DNA of 63,690 nucleotides, filler included, from Rhabdomonas costata (lineage: Eukaryota): the NCBI GenBank assembly GCA_019059605.1. It is 45 parts of 45 records of this genome, joined end to end, with 100 filler letters (N's around TTAATTAATTAA, not from the genome) between each part and the next. Parts side by side here need not be neighbours in the genome. Positions count along the whole stretch, not along the records: positions 38,293 to 39,609 come from JAHMHO010019624.1; positions 39,710 to 41,026 come from JAHMHO010019625.1; positions 41,127 to 42,443 come from JAHMHO010019626.1; positions 42,544 to 43,860 come from JAHMHO010019627.1; positions 43,961 to 45,277 come from JAHMHO010019628.1; positions 45,378 to 46,694 come from JAHMHO010019629.1; positions 46,795 to 48,111 come from JAHMHO010019630.1; positions 48,212 to 49,528 come from JAHMHO010019631.1; 37 more parts are not named here. One strand, 5' to 3'. The notes below the pieces were generated by a model that saw nothing but the letters and a program-made list of their open reading frames with translations, was not told the DNA's origin and did no database searches. Below, one piece after another: positions 38,430 to 49,628 of this stretch. A program made the position numbers and the translations under genes. How positions within the stretch are numbered: position 1 is the stretch's first letter; every line of letters starts with the position of its first letter.

Positions 38430-39169
38430 CTTAGACTCGGCGCTCTCCACCGGGGGAAACGCGCTCATCCGCAGAAACACCTCGCTGCTGCGGTACGCTG
38501 CGGCGAGCAGCTCCGGGGTTTGAGGTGCCCCTTCCATCGCGCTGGGGTTAATAAACTGAAGCCTGGAGTCTGTGGTGACCTGAGACACGTGAAAGGGAAT
38601 AAGGCAGGGGAAAGCGGCAGCAGCGCACTAAACAGAAAACATTGGGAAGAGAGACTAAATTCGATGCGTCGATGACAAAACTTGCGCTCTCTCTTCTCTG
38701 TCGCATGTCACAGGCAATCAACTCCAGCACTCATGGCTGTAAAGCAAGGGACAGCAACGCAAATACGGACAGTGTCTTCCCTAAAGTTTACCCACATCAC
38801 CCGGCAGGGTCGCCGAAATACTATCAACAGGTGGACGACCAAAAGCATTGGCACCCTAGCGCCTTTTGCTGGAAGCAAAGAAGAGAAAAGGTCATGATAA
38901 CGAACAAGGGCTCGGTTTCTCATTTCTGAACATGGGGCAAGGGCAGTCCAACTTGTCGCACCCATTTACACTGCAGACTTATTTCCGGTCGCTGTGTGTG
39001 TTCGTGAATCCACAGTTCGGTGATCGGAAGTTACAAATGGAAGCAAAAAAGAAGAAAACGCAACCAGGTGCAGGAAGTCCGCGGGCTCCACATCCACGGG
39101 TCGCTGGTATCCCAGTGCTTCGAAGTAAGGCACGGCGTTACCCGCAGGACCATAATAGATGATGTGGCC
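38430..39169 (-). CDS. ABCG/PDR-type ABC transporter fragment; exons 39169-39065 and 38579-38430
   Basis: GHIIYYGPAGNAVPYFEALGYQRPVDVEPADFLHL|VTTD..LAAAYRSS is the typical post-NBD segment of ABCG. Confidence 0.88.
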
Positions 39170-40659
39170 CTAAAACAGGGGATTGTCTCTCATCCTTCCC
39201 CTTTCCGATTCCACCCACGCCCGCTACCCTATCCGCCGGACCCCGGCAATTTTCTTCCCTCAACCCACCGTTAGTGCCATTGTGTGCGCTTCTCAATTTT
39301 GCGCAACATGAACATTGCTCTGCACCCCTTGCCAAGTGTATACACCCCTTGCCAAGTGTAGGTTGAAGAAAGAATGAAAAAAAGACATGAACTGAAAACT
39401 TCGTTCCGTTGGGACATCAATATAAGTGGAGCACGGTCACATTTCTTTGGCCGGTACGCGCAAAAAAAAAACGGCCGCAAAGCCAAAATTTGCCCACAAC
39501 CCAGAAAAAGATAGTGCCAGAAATACCCACCAGGAATGGTCCTTTTTTATTCACAAAATATGCAAGGAAATCGTGCTGGAAGTTCAGATAGAACCTTGCA
39601 CAGCATCATNNNNNNNNNNNNNNNNNNNNNNNNNNNNNNNNNNNNNNNNNNNNTTAATTAATTAANNNNNNNNNNNNNNNNNNNNNNNNNNNNNNNNNNN
39701 NNNNNNNNNATCGCCTCCTCCGCTGGTATGCCATCCTTTCCTCCTCCTGGCGGGCTGGGCGAGCGCCCCGTGGGGCGGTGGGCATGCGAGCTTGCCGGCA
39801 TCGGCCTGAAGGTGCCGCTACTGCCACCAAGCTGAAAGTTGCTTGCCAGGAGGCTGGCTGGGAGGGGCTGCGGCTGGTAAAGCTGGTGGTGCTGGGACCC
39901 CGGGGCGGAACATGACTCGAGGCGGGGCAGGGCGCGCTGCACCCCACCCAGTTGGGGGCTGTGGGAGCCCGTGGTGGAGCGCAGAAAGGCGGCGTCACTG
40001 CTGCCGCTGGCGCACCGCTCGATCGGGCCGCAGGAGCTTTCCTGGGCTTCGCACTGCATACCAGCAGTAGGGAAGCAACCGGTGGCGCGCACTCGCACAC
40101 ACACAAAAACAAACACACACACATCTGTCTGGCAGTACGTGTTTCAGCGTACTCAAGTCATTGTCGCGAGCAGTGTGGAATACATACAAAAAATGGGGAG
40201 CAATAAATCGATGAAAAAAGGGTGGGCACGGTTTCCCTCGACTTTCCCGATGTCAAGGGATGGTTGGAGGGTGGTAGTTGAATCTTTCTTCTTCGTTAGT
40301 GTGTTGGGCGCATTGCGCGCTGGCTGTGAGTGTACGCGTATTTTTTCACGAACAGCTCCAATGTCAAATCTCAGTGGCACAGCAAGCATGCGACAAGTTG
40401 ATGACAGTATATCGTGAATCTGCAGAGACAAACGTCACCGCTGCGGTAAGCTACTTCGCGCCCTCCTTCCCGCATTCCGCATTGCACAGGAATGCCAACA
40501 TGTCCAGCCAGCTTCACGAAATGCCCTACCCTGCAAGTGCTGCGCTGGAACCGCGGAAGTGAAGTGACTTCACACAAGCAAGGCATTCAAAAACGAACAT
40601 GGAAATACAATGATCCACAACTCATCCACCGTCTCCGGGCGTCGCGGAACTCGCAAACC

Positions 40660-40787
40660 TTCCTGCTGGCCTCATCACTGTCGGCCTCGACTCCCTCGTC
40701 GCCCTCCTTCCGCAGCTCCTGTAGCACGGCCTGCGGGATGTAGCCCCGCACGCGCTGCAGACTGTGCAGGACCTTCAGGCATGACAT
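40660..40787 (-). CDS. Exon possibly from a class III nucleotidyl-cyclase-type protein (pre-catalytic helix)
   Basis: LHSLQRVRGYIPQAVL resembles the L....YxP..V signalling helix; AG/GT bounded. Confidence 0.3.
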
Positions 40788-41140
40788 CTGCGTCGTGGTG
40801 GGGTCCTGAGCGACAACAGACGTTCACACGCACCCAAGCGACCAATAAAATCGAGGTTCCAGAAGTGTGATGAGCACACACTCTCTGCACCCGATAATGC
40901 GAACAATGAGAACGTGTGCATCTGTTTGGCACATGTTGGTCGGAAACATCACTGATGTTTCCCAGATGTATAAGACAACTTAAGAAAGGAAAGGGAATAC
41001 CACAAATCCAAACCGAAAAAAACAAANNNNNNNNNNNNNNNNNNNNNNNNNNNNNNNNNNNNNNNNNNNNTTAATTAATTAANNNNNNNNNNNNNNNNNN
41101 NNNNNNNNNNNNNNNNNNNNNNNNNNGTTGGTTTTTACAG

Positions 41141-42031
41141 CGTCCTGGCTGTGCCCGGGGCTCCCCGTGGTCTCCGCAGCGGATGGCAGCCTACAGCGGT
41201 GCACTGCGGCCAAGCTGCTGGTATGGGGTGTGTGGGCCCTCGCGCTGACCGCCGTGGTGGCGGCTCGGCTGCAGTACACGTCCGATGTGGTGATCGGGGG
41301 CGCCATCACGTGGCTGGTGTGGCAGAGCTACCACAGGTTGCTGACCACTGTTTTGGCCGCCGTCGCGGCAGCCTTAAATGTCAGTCGCATGACAGGCCGA
41401 TGCTGCCGAAGCGGTGTACCGAGGCTAGCATACTGACATGGGGTCGGACTCGGCTGTACTTTGCCAGCAATTCCAGAAAACGGATCGGCTCTGTTCGTTT
41501 TGGCCACGAAAGGCCAGGTGGTGATCATCATTGTTGCTTTGCTGTTTTTATTTGGGTTTTGGCTATGTACTGATGGTCCCCCTTCCAGTTTGTCCCCAAT
41601 CTTTGTTCATGTGCTTGAACCTTCATCTGTGGTGAGCTGCTGCCAGCAGCCTTCCCAACTTTTTTCTCATTACGTCAACATTGCCCTGAAATCATAACGC
41701 AGTAAAACGAAAGCAAAATCTGGAAATAAGGCAGAGGCAGGAGGGCATTGGGCTTTGAAGAATGAGGCAGCAAATTCTGGTTACTACGGATTGGTTTTCG
41801 CACTGCTGCTCTCTGCGGTGAACACGCCGCGTGCGATGATGTGATGATGGCACGATGATGGCACGTTTTGGGCTCATCCGTTTGCCTCAGGTTCATTCGG
41901 ATGGCGCACCTCCGCCAAGGGGGCTGGCTGGTTGCCGTGGTGGGATGGTTCGAGGACGGCGCGGCGGATCTCCGCGCCCGCCGGCTCTCTGTGGTGCTGC
42001 GGGCCCGAGTCGATCCCAGCACACGGTCCAA
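41141..42031 (+). CDS. Sphingomyelin/IPC synthase (PAP2_C)-family C-terminal part; exons ~41141-41336 and 41891-~42031
   Basis: VVAARLQYTSDVVIGGAITWLVWQSYHR|FIRMA..VVGWFE; D4-like motif plus the YH and WFE motifs. Confidence 0.72.
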
Positions 42032-42592
42032 AGTTTTTGTTGCATTTGGATGGGTGGATTTGAAATATTTGATCTAAACTTTGAACGAATCTTCCTCCTC
42101 GTTCACGACCCAGCACCTTTTTGAATTTGAAAGTTTGCACGCCCTGTGCAGCTGTTGCCCTTTCACACAAGAAGAGGTGACTGCCGCATACAACAGTAGC
42201 GCAGAGACTACGTGCTACTCTGTGAATGCCAGGTTTTGATTTAATACGACCATACTGCGTTTTATGTCAAAACCTGACATTCACAGACGGCGGGGACAAT
42301 AGCAGTGCAGAAAGATGGAGGAGGAGAGTGCGGGAGAATACGGGAGAGTGCTCGGAGTACAGAAACACCACAATCAAACACCAGGCAGTAATTTTTAGAA
42401 GCCACACATAAAGGGGGTCGTATCTTGGTCAAGCACACAACAANNNNNNNNNNNNNNNNNNNNNNNNNNNNNNNNNNNNNNNNNNNNTTAATTAATTAAN
42501 NNNNNNNNNNNNNNNNNNNNNNNNNNNNNNNNNNNNNNNNNNNGTTTGTTGGGGTAATCGTACCGGCCCTCACCACCCCCCGGCACACAAAC

Positions 42593-43368
42593 CGCTCCGA
42601 TCTGCGGGCAGTTCAGAAGGTAGGGGTAACCCGTGAAGGCCGTCTCGCAGTGGTTCGCAAAGTTCAGGTCAGGCGCTCCGCTCTGGCGGGTGTCCACGAA
42701 GGAAATCATGAACGACATGATCACCACGTCGAAGTTATGCTGGGCGCAGTAGCTCGCCAAGGTGCCCTCACCACCCGCGCCGTTCTGGCCCCAGTACCCG
42801 ACCAGACCCAGATCTGCGAGAAGGGGAGTAGGAGGAGGGCATTCTTAGAGGGAACGAGTAATAAATAAAAGGAACGAGTAAAAAATAAGTGACGAGGTAA
42901 CGAGAGAAGAGAGAGAGAAACCCTGTCAAGGTGCGGCACGTAAAATGACAAAGCAACAACTTCACCAGTGTCAAAGAAAAAACGTCGAAGGAACGAGAAG
43001 ACGTCCCGTAGCGAGGAAGGGGGGGGGGTGGACAAGGAGGCCCAAGAGCTGCCTGGGTAAAGCAGGAGCAGTTCTGATCATCTGAAGTGTCCCCCTTCCC
43101 CTCCGCCACAATGAGATGGGAGGAAGAGCGGTTGGGCGAAGGAAGGCCTCCCTAGGTAGGGCAAGGATGGGGACGACGATACGTAACGGACACCAAACCC
43201 CGAATCTTGCATTGTTCACAACACTTCGGCATGCCAGCGCAGACAAATGGCAGGCCGCCAGGGCATTAAAGGGCGGCGAACCTGTGGTGCAGTTGGAGCT
43301 AGCGACGCACTGCCCTGAAGTAGTGCAGGCCGACCCTGATGCGCAGGTTCCGCAGGAGCCACCACAAC
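42593..43368 (-). CDS. GH18 class III (Cts1/hevamine-like) chitinase preceded by a Cys-rich module; exons 43368-43282 and 42813-42593
   Basis: LVGYWGQN..EGTLASYC..FDVVIMSF..PDLNFANHC..LLNCPQIG; upstream GCGGSCGTCASGSACTTSGQC. Confidence 0.92.
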
Positions 43369-44006
43369 CTGAGGATATCGGCACATCCTCAGGAAAAAGC
43401 GCCACTTACCCACGTGCCACAACATACCCACACGGAGTTGTTGAGATGTACAAAATTCACTATTGACATTGATCCCGTGAGGAGAAAAAAGAAAAACAAC
43501 CTTGCCCTAAACATGCCAACTCGTGCCCAACTTATCTTTTTCCTCTCGTGTCGTGCGTTGCCCACTTGCACGTAGGTGGGATGAAATACCTACACAAAAG
43601 ATTCCTTGACAAAAACCCACAAATGCCACTATGAAAGTAAATTGCACGAAGTAACATGTTTGTAGCTTGGCATAAGTAGTTGGAGTAAGACAGAAATCAG
43701 AAAACCTGCCTGACCCGGCCAATCTATGATGATACAACACATTTGTGTTCACTCACCTCACCTCAGGGGGAGGGGGTCCACCCTAGGAGCCGTAGTAACC
43801 CCCTTCTCAAGGTGTCAGGCCCCAGGGGCTCAACAAATGCCAAGGGGCACCCCCCCACAANNNNNNNNNNNNNNNNNNNNNNNNNNNNNNNNNNNNNNNN
43901 NNNNTTAATTAATTAANNNNNNNNNNNNNNNNNNNNNNNNNNNNNNNNNNNNNNNNNNNNGTGTTTTTTGATGCGGAAGCGGGTCGGTTTCGGAAAGGTT
44001 CGGCAG

Positions 44007-44142
44007 GGTTGCCATGCGTTGCGCTGCTGCTCCATTATCCTGCCTCAGCTGCTGTACGGTGTGGTGCTGCACTGCTTCCAGCAAGGCGACAGCACAGGGA
44101 CGCGGTACTCGCATCTGGGCTACGTCTTCGTGTACGGCATCG
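44007..44142 (+). CDS. Exon of an unknown protein
   Basis: AG/GT-bounded, strongly GC3-biased frame GCHALRCCSIILPQLLYG.. Confidence 0.4.
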
Positions 44143-45479
44143 GTGCACACCCACCGCCTTTCCCACCGCCATCCACAGCTGTTCCTCTCCGCCTTGCAAA
44201 GACGCTTCTCAAGCTCTCCTTTTTCTTGCCGATTTTCTTTCTCTTGGTCCCTGAGACCTGAGCCTTTCAGATTCCGTTCATATTCTGACACTTCGGCACT
44301 GGAATGCCAAAACTTCGAGAAAGCTAAACCTGTACAAAAACAAAATATCATATCCACGAATGTGCCAATGACAGGCGTGCCCCTAAATACCAAACTTCCT
44401 CATTGGACCCTGATCAAAAATAACAGCCTGGCCGACGTGTGTCCTTTTTGTAGTGTTAGTGCCCTCCTTGTTCTGCTGGCTTGCCCTCGGTCGCTTTTTG
44501 CGTTCACCGCTGTGCTTTTTTATTTTCTGTTTTCTAAGGTGGGGTACTGTTCCTTCTCTCTGGATTCTGCTTGAAATTCATTGTGGACGTGAGATGAGTC
44601 TCCGTGCTGCTGGCTGCTGCTTGGAGAAGGAAGGCTCGCGCTGTGGCGATATGCCGCCCGCCCACGAACTTTGGTTTGGGGTGAACGCGAGCGCCAATGC
44701 TCACGCGCACGCTCTGCCTCGTTCACGTGTTGCGTCCTCCTGGGCGGGCGAACGCGAGCCCTTGGAAGGCTGTGTGATGTGCCCCTTGTCCAGTTGACCA
44801 GTTGACCAGTTAGAGGCCTTATGGAAAGATTGGACAGAAAGCTGGGTGCGCAGCGGGGTTCCTGGTGAATTGGCCCTGAATTGGTGAATTGGCCAATGCC
44901 TTAATATTATCACAGCCTGGGGTTGAGAAGTCTGAGGTGTCTCTGGATCCCGCTCTTTCTCAGGTGCCCACGGCACTGTGCAAACCGCGCAAGACCGACC
45001 GCGTGGTTAAATGGGCTATCGAGTATTCTGCATGACTGAGCGGCCGATCCTCATATTCTCAGATACTCAGATCTCAGATCTCATGGTTGCATATTGGTGT
45101 AAGGGGATTGATTTTTTTGAATCAGACTTTTCCTGTTGGCGCTGTGTCATTTTTTTCCATAATTTCCGTTTGTCTTCTGATTTGCTTTTCCTTGGATAAC
45201 TTGAACAGGCTTCCAATGAGCCACGTATATTGATTTTTGTCCTCAAATGGGGGGCTGTTCAAGTTATCCCACAAAAANNNNNNNNNNNNNNNNNNNNNNN
45301 NNNNNNNNNNNNNNNNNNNNNTTAATTAATTAANNNNNNNNNNNNNNNNNNNNNNNNNNNNNNNNNNNNNNNNNNNNGCTGGACCTGGGACCTGGAGCTG
45401 CAATCCTCCTGAGAGGCTAGGCAAGCAGCTCCAGGTCCCAGGTCCAGCCCAACATGCACACACATGCATGCATGCACAC

Positions 45480-46380
45480 CCCATTCCTCGACCAGGAGTC
45501 GGACAATATCCAGGTGGCCTTGCACCGCGGCACAGTGCAGGGGGGTCCATCCCGCTTTGCTCTTCAGAGACAGCAGGTCGAGGTCAGCTTTTGGGTTTTG
45601 ATGACGCAGCAAAAGACGTAAGACCCTGGTTGAGTAGCGAACACCATTCATGAATAGCGAACGCCACTCAAGGTTGGGAGGCCAAAGCGTTCACGGCTGT
45701 TTGTCAGGCTGTCATCGAGCAGCAGAAACAAAAGAACCACCCGAGTAGGTAAGACAAAGGAGACCCTGAAGGGGCGAGGAGATTGTACACGGGGCTCACG
45801 GCAAACTGCAGCAAACGCGCCGCAACCGGTGGCCTATGCAGCCGTCGCCTCGGCCAAGCGGTAATTCTGTACGGTGGGCTTTTGACCCGAGAACAGGGTG
45901 GGTGGGTGGTTGGCATACCGTACTTTTCCTTCAGGTACTGAAGTATGGCGGTGTGTCCGTTATGCGCAGCCCAGTGCGCAGAGCTCTGGCCGTGGTGGTC
46001 CAGGGCTGACCCGGAGACTCCTTTGGAGCGCGCCGGAAGGTAGAGCGGCGAACGATTGTTTTCTGCTGTTCGCTGCTGGTGGTGTATGACGCAGGGATAG
46101 GGACACGCGGACGACACTTGTTAAAATATGTCTGACTGTTTCCTTTATGAAGCTGGGAGGACGTTCTGGAATATGGAAAGTTAGGTTAATATCTACTTAT
46201 CTTCAGCAACAGCTTTCCGAAAACCTCACCCCCTGTTCAGCCACATCCCCATCAAAAAAAAGCGTGCAGGCAGACAAGAACCGCTCTTGCGGAGAAACTT
46301 GAGCATCTCCAGGTGCCCATTCTCTGCCGCCACGCTGACAGCATTCTGCCCCACTTCATTGCACATCCGAAGGTCGATCA
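45480..46380 (-). CDS. Ankyrin-repeat protein, three exons
   Basis: GQNAVSVAAENGHLEMLKFL, GQSSAHWAAHNGHTAILQYL, GWTPLHCAAVQGHLDIVRLL. Confidence 0.92.
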
Positions 46381-47351
46381 CTGCGCGAACGTTGACGGAG
46401 ATCCCTTCGGACACCCTCACGTTTTTTTTTCAGTTCGCGCCCAGGCGCGTCGGCGAGTGCGCGCATCTCCAAACGAGCCACAGGAAAGACATGACAAACC
46501 AGGCAGTCCGCAAGCCAAGAAGGCTGGGAGGGGAAGGGGGAAGCGCAAAACAGACAGGATAGCAACAATCGTCTGACAAGTTCAGCATTAAAGTTATGAT
46601 TCTCCAAACAGAGTGAGAATGCATGGGATAACGGGGGGGGGTCGCTCTGGTGAGGTGAACTTGATGAACAGTAGCGGCGATGACAAAACAAAAANNNNNN
46701 NNNNNNNNNNNNNNNNNNNNNNNNNNNNNNNNNNNNNNTTAATTAATTAANNNNNNNNNNNNNNNNNNNNNNNNNNNNNNNNNNNNNNNNNNNNGTGGTG
46801 GGTGTGTTTGGGTTTGTGTGTGGGGCGTTAGATTCGCTTTTCCTCTCGTCGGGGTCGTGGGTTGGGTGAGGTTTTGTGCGAGAGTGCCCGAGTAATTGGG
46901 GGGCAGAGGGACCAAGGGACTTGCTGAGGTTATGTTTGGGAAGTCCTCTTTGTAGGTTTGCGTTTGTGCATGTGTGGGTGTGCTCTTGCCTCACAGATGC
47001 CGGTGCGGTACCGCGACGGCGTGCAAATGGTGTGAGTGCGCGCGAGCGTTTGTTGGAGAGGAGGATTTACAGCGGGCGTGAGATCGCTGAAACACTCACC
47101 TAGCGGAGAGGAATACCACATGTGTGTGCAAACGAGCCAATAGAGAGAGAGAGGGCCACCAGATGGGGCATCCCTGGCGACCCTTCCAAAGCCTCCACGA
47201 AGAGCGGACCCCTTTCTCCTCATGTCAGTATCATTCATCCAGGATCCAGCTCCCAGCTCTTACGCGAACCTGAGCCACCAACTTTCTTCCTCTGCTTGTG
47301 AAGATTGCACCGCCGCCCTGGGTGTCGGTCTGTGGGGATTGCTTTGCACAG

Positions 47352-47796
47352 TACATCGGCCGGGCGAAGGTCTCCCTGAAGAACATTATCGAGCAGACCT
47401 CGAACTACCTCACCTTACCCCTGGTCAGCGACATGGTGCTGGACCCCAACGTCTCGCAGCCCCAGCTCATTGTGAACATGTACGCCACCCGTCCCCCACC
47501 CTTCACTCCCTTCGCTGATCTTCGGAGCTGTATTTTCGCACAGGTCACCACCTACTGAAGATTTTTTTTTGTTAATGACGGGTAAGAAAATGAGCCTGAA
47601 ATTTCTGGTTTGGATCTAATGCCTCCCACAAAGTGTTTAGAAAGCCACAGTTCAAAAGCTCACACCCCATGCACTCACAGCTACCCGGTGGACTCGAAGG
47701 GGTGCTCCACCCTGGACAACATCCGGGCCCGGTGCGGGGTGAAGGACCTCCTGGGGCAGAGGGTGGACTTTGTGGTGCACATCATCAGTGCTAAAG
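47352..47796 (+). CDS. Kinesin-3 (KIF13/KIF28-like) stalk/C2-like region; exons 47352-47479 and 47681-47796
   Basis: YIGRAKVSLKNI..QLIVNI|YPVDSKG..DLLGQRVDFVVHIISAKG. Confidence 0.55.
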
Positions 47797-49080
47797 GTGT
47801 GAATCCATGTGTATCTCATACGGTACGGCTGCCTTCTTCCCGGCTCAACCTCATGCCCATCCTTCAGATGGCTCAAGCCTTAAACCCCCAAAAGGTATAC
47901 GAATACCAATAGCCGTGGCAGGTGTTCAGCAGCAGAGAGCAAAAAATACAAAGCACTGAAGCAAAGCATGGGGCCAATAAATCGAAACAGGATGGGAAGG
48001 AAGCAATGGATTACAGAGGAAGGGAACAAAGTGAACGAGACAAAGGGAAACCCAAGGCAGAAGACCAAAGCAAAGACCACAACGAATGGCAAACACTAGA
48101 GCAAACCAACANNNNNNNNNNNNNNNNNNNNNNNNNNNNNNNNNNNNNNNNNNNNTTAATTAATTAANNNNNNNNNNNNNNNNNNNNNNNNNNNNNNNNN
48201 NNNNNNNNNNNTGTGGGGTGTTTGCAATATGCAGAGGTTTTCAGATATTCTCATTCACCCGGAAAATCATATATTCGGGAACGTCAGTTTCTTTTCTTTC
48301 AAGCTGCCAACGCTGCACATTGCAAACACCCCCACTGACGACCCCAAAGACGGTGGTGACAGTTTCACACTCGGGCGAAAAAAAAAGTTGCCAAGCTAAA
48401 GTGGAGGTATCAACCCTGGGGACAGAAGAAAGCGGGGAGCGACTCCATCAGCCCTACTCAAGGACCGCCATTGTTTTTTTCAGTGCACTTGCGGAAAGAG
48501 AAAGGGAGGAGGCGGTGGCGCGCAAACCGCGGAAAACACCGCGAGGACGTCTGGATTGTGGGCGAGATAGGAGTCTGCCTCCACGCAGTACGAGTCGTAC
48601 GCCTCCTTGCTGCCCCCTTTTTATTTTGGCGTCACTGCTGGAGCAGAGGCAAAAGTGCAGGCCAACTCCCGTCAACAGTAATGAAAAGATGGAAAGAACC
48701 ATCAGCATCTCTCGAGTGGGGGGAGGGGGGTTAGAGGCCATTTTCGAAAGTTGCTGTTTAGAGTTTGCTTATATGAGAGGGTTGACCCCGAACTAACTTA
48801 ACAGCAGCAGTCCGCGCAGCGCAGCTGCAGCAATCGCAAGTCAACACTTTGGAAGGACCGAGTGGTCCGAGTAGCATGGCTTGCCTTCGCTGAACTTCCC
48901 CGATGTGCCTTCCGGTGAAAGCACACACATATACACACAAAGAGCAAAAATTCCAACAAAGCCTTAACTGTTCTCGCAAGCAAATGCTCGTCTCAAGCTT
49001 CATTTGAAACTATTTTTCATTTCGTACAATAAATTTACCAAATCCTATGCGATTAACATCAACCAAAACAGAATCGTTAC

Positions 49081-49386
49081 CTGGATCGCGTGGGTGAAGC
49101 GCCTGCGAGATCGAAGATTCTTTATGACGTATCGCAACTCCGGTGCATTATATTTCGAGCCTTCCATGGCCCACTGATCGAGACCTGGGACGATGCTGAT
49201 CGACGGGTGTCCGATATGGCTTATTTTCGATAAAAGAGTAAAGTTTGGTTTGGTCGTTTTTCTTCCTTTCGAAGTGGTACTGGTTTCTGTGACTGTGCAT
49301 AGCGATCTTCTCAGACTCGCTAAGGATGTTGTTTTATGTGAGATGTTTCTTAGCTTGCTTGCCATTTTGAGGATCGTCGAAGCCAT
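49081..49386 (-). CDS. First exon of an angiosperm-type mitochondrial P-class PPR protein (likely contaminant)
   Basis: Presequence-like N-terminus, then LLSKISHIGHPSISIVPGLDQW..ELRYVIKNLRSRRRFTHAIQ|gt; AT-rich composition unlike neighbouring exons. Confidence 0.85.
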
Positions 49387-49419
49387 TGGATTTGGTTGTT
49401 GGGGTTTGAGGTATTCGTC

Positions 49420-49434
49420 TAGGGTTTAGGGTTT
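49420..49434 (-). promoter_or_regulatory. Plant telo-box (AAACCCTA) tandem upstream of the PPR start
   Basis: AAACCCTAAACCCTA about 35 nt before the ATG. Confidence 0.65.
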
Positions 49435-49628
49435 AAGATAACAGAGAAGAATCAGCGAAGAGAACAGTCTACACATGGGAACTTTAAAATGAAAAAACGA
49501 CATATACAACAGTGAATAAACACCAACCNNNNNNNNNNNNNNNNNNNNNNNNNNNNNNNNNNNNNNNNNNNNTTAATTAATTAANNNNNNNNNNNNNNNN
49601 NNNNNNNNNNNNNNNNNNNNNNNNNNNN

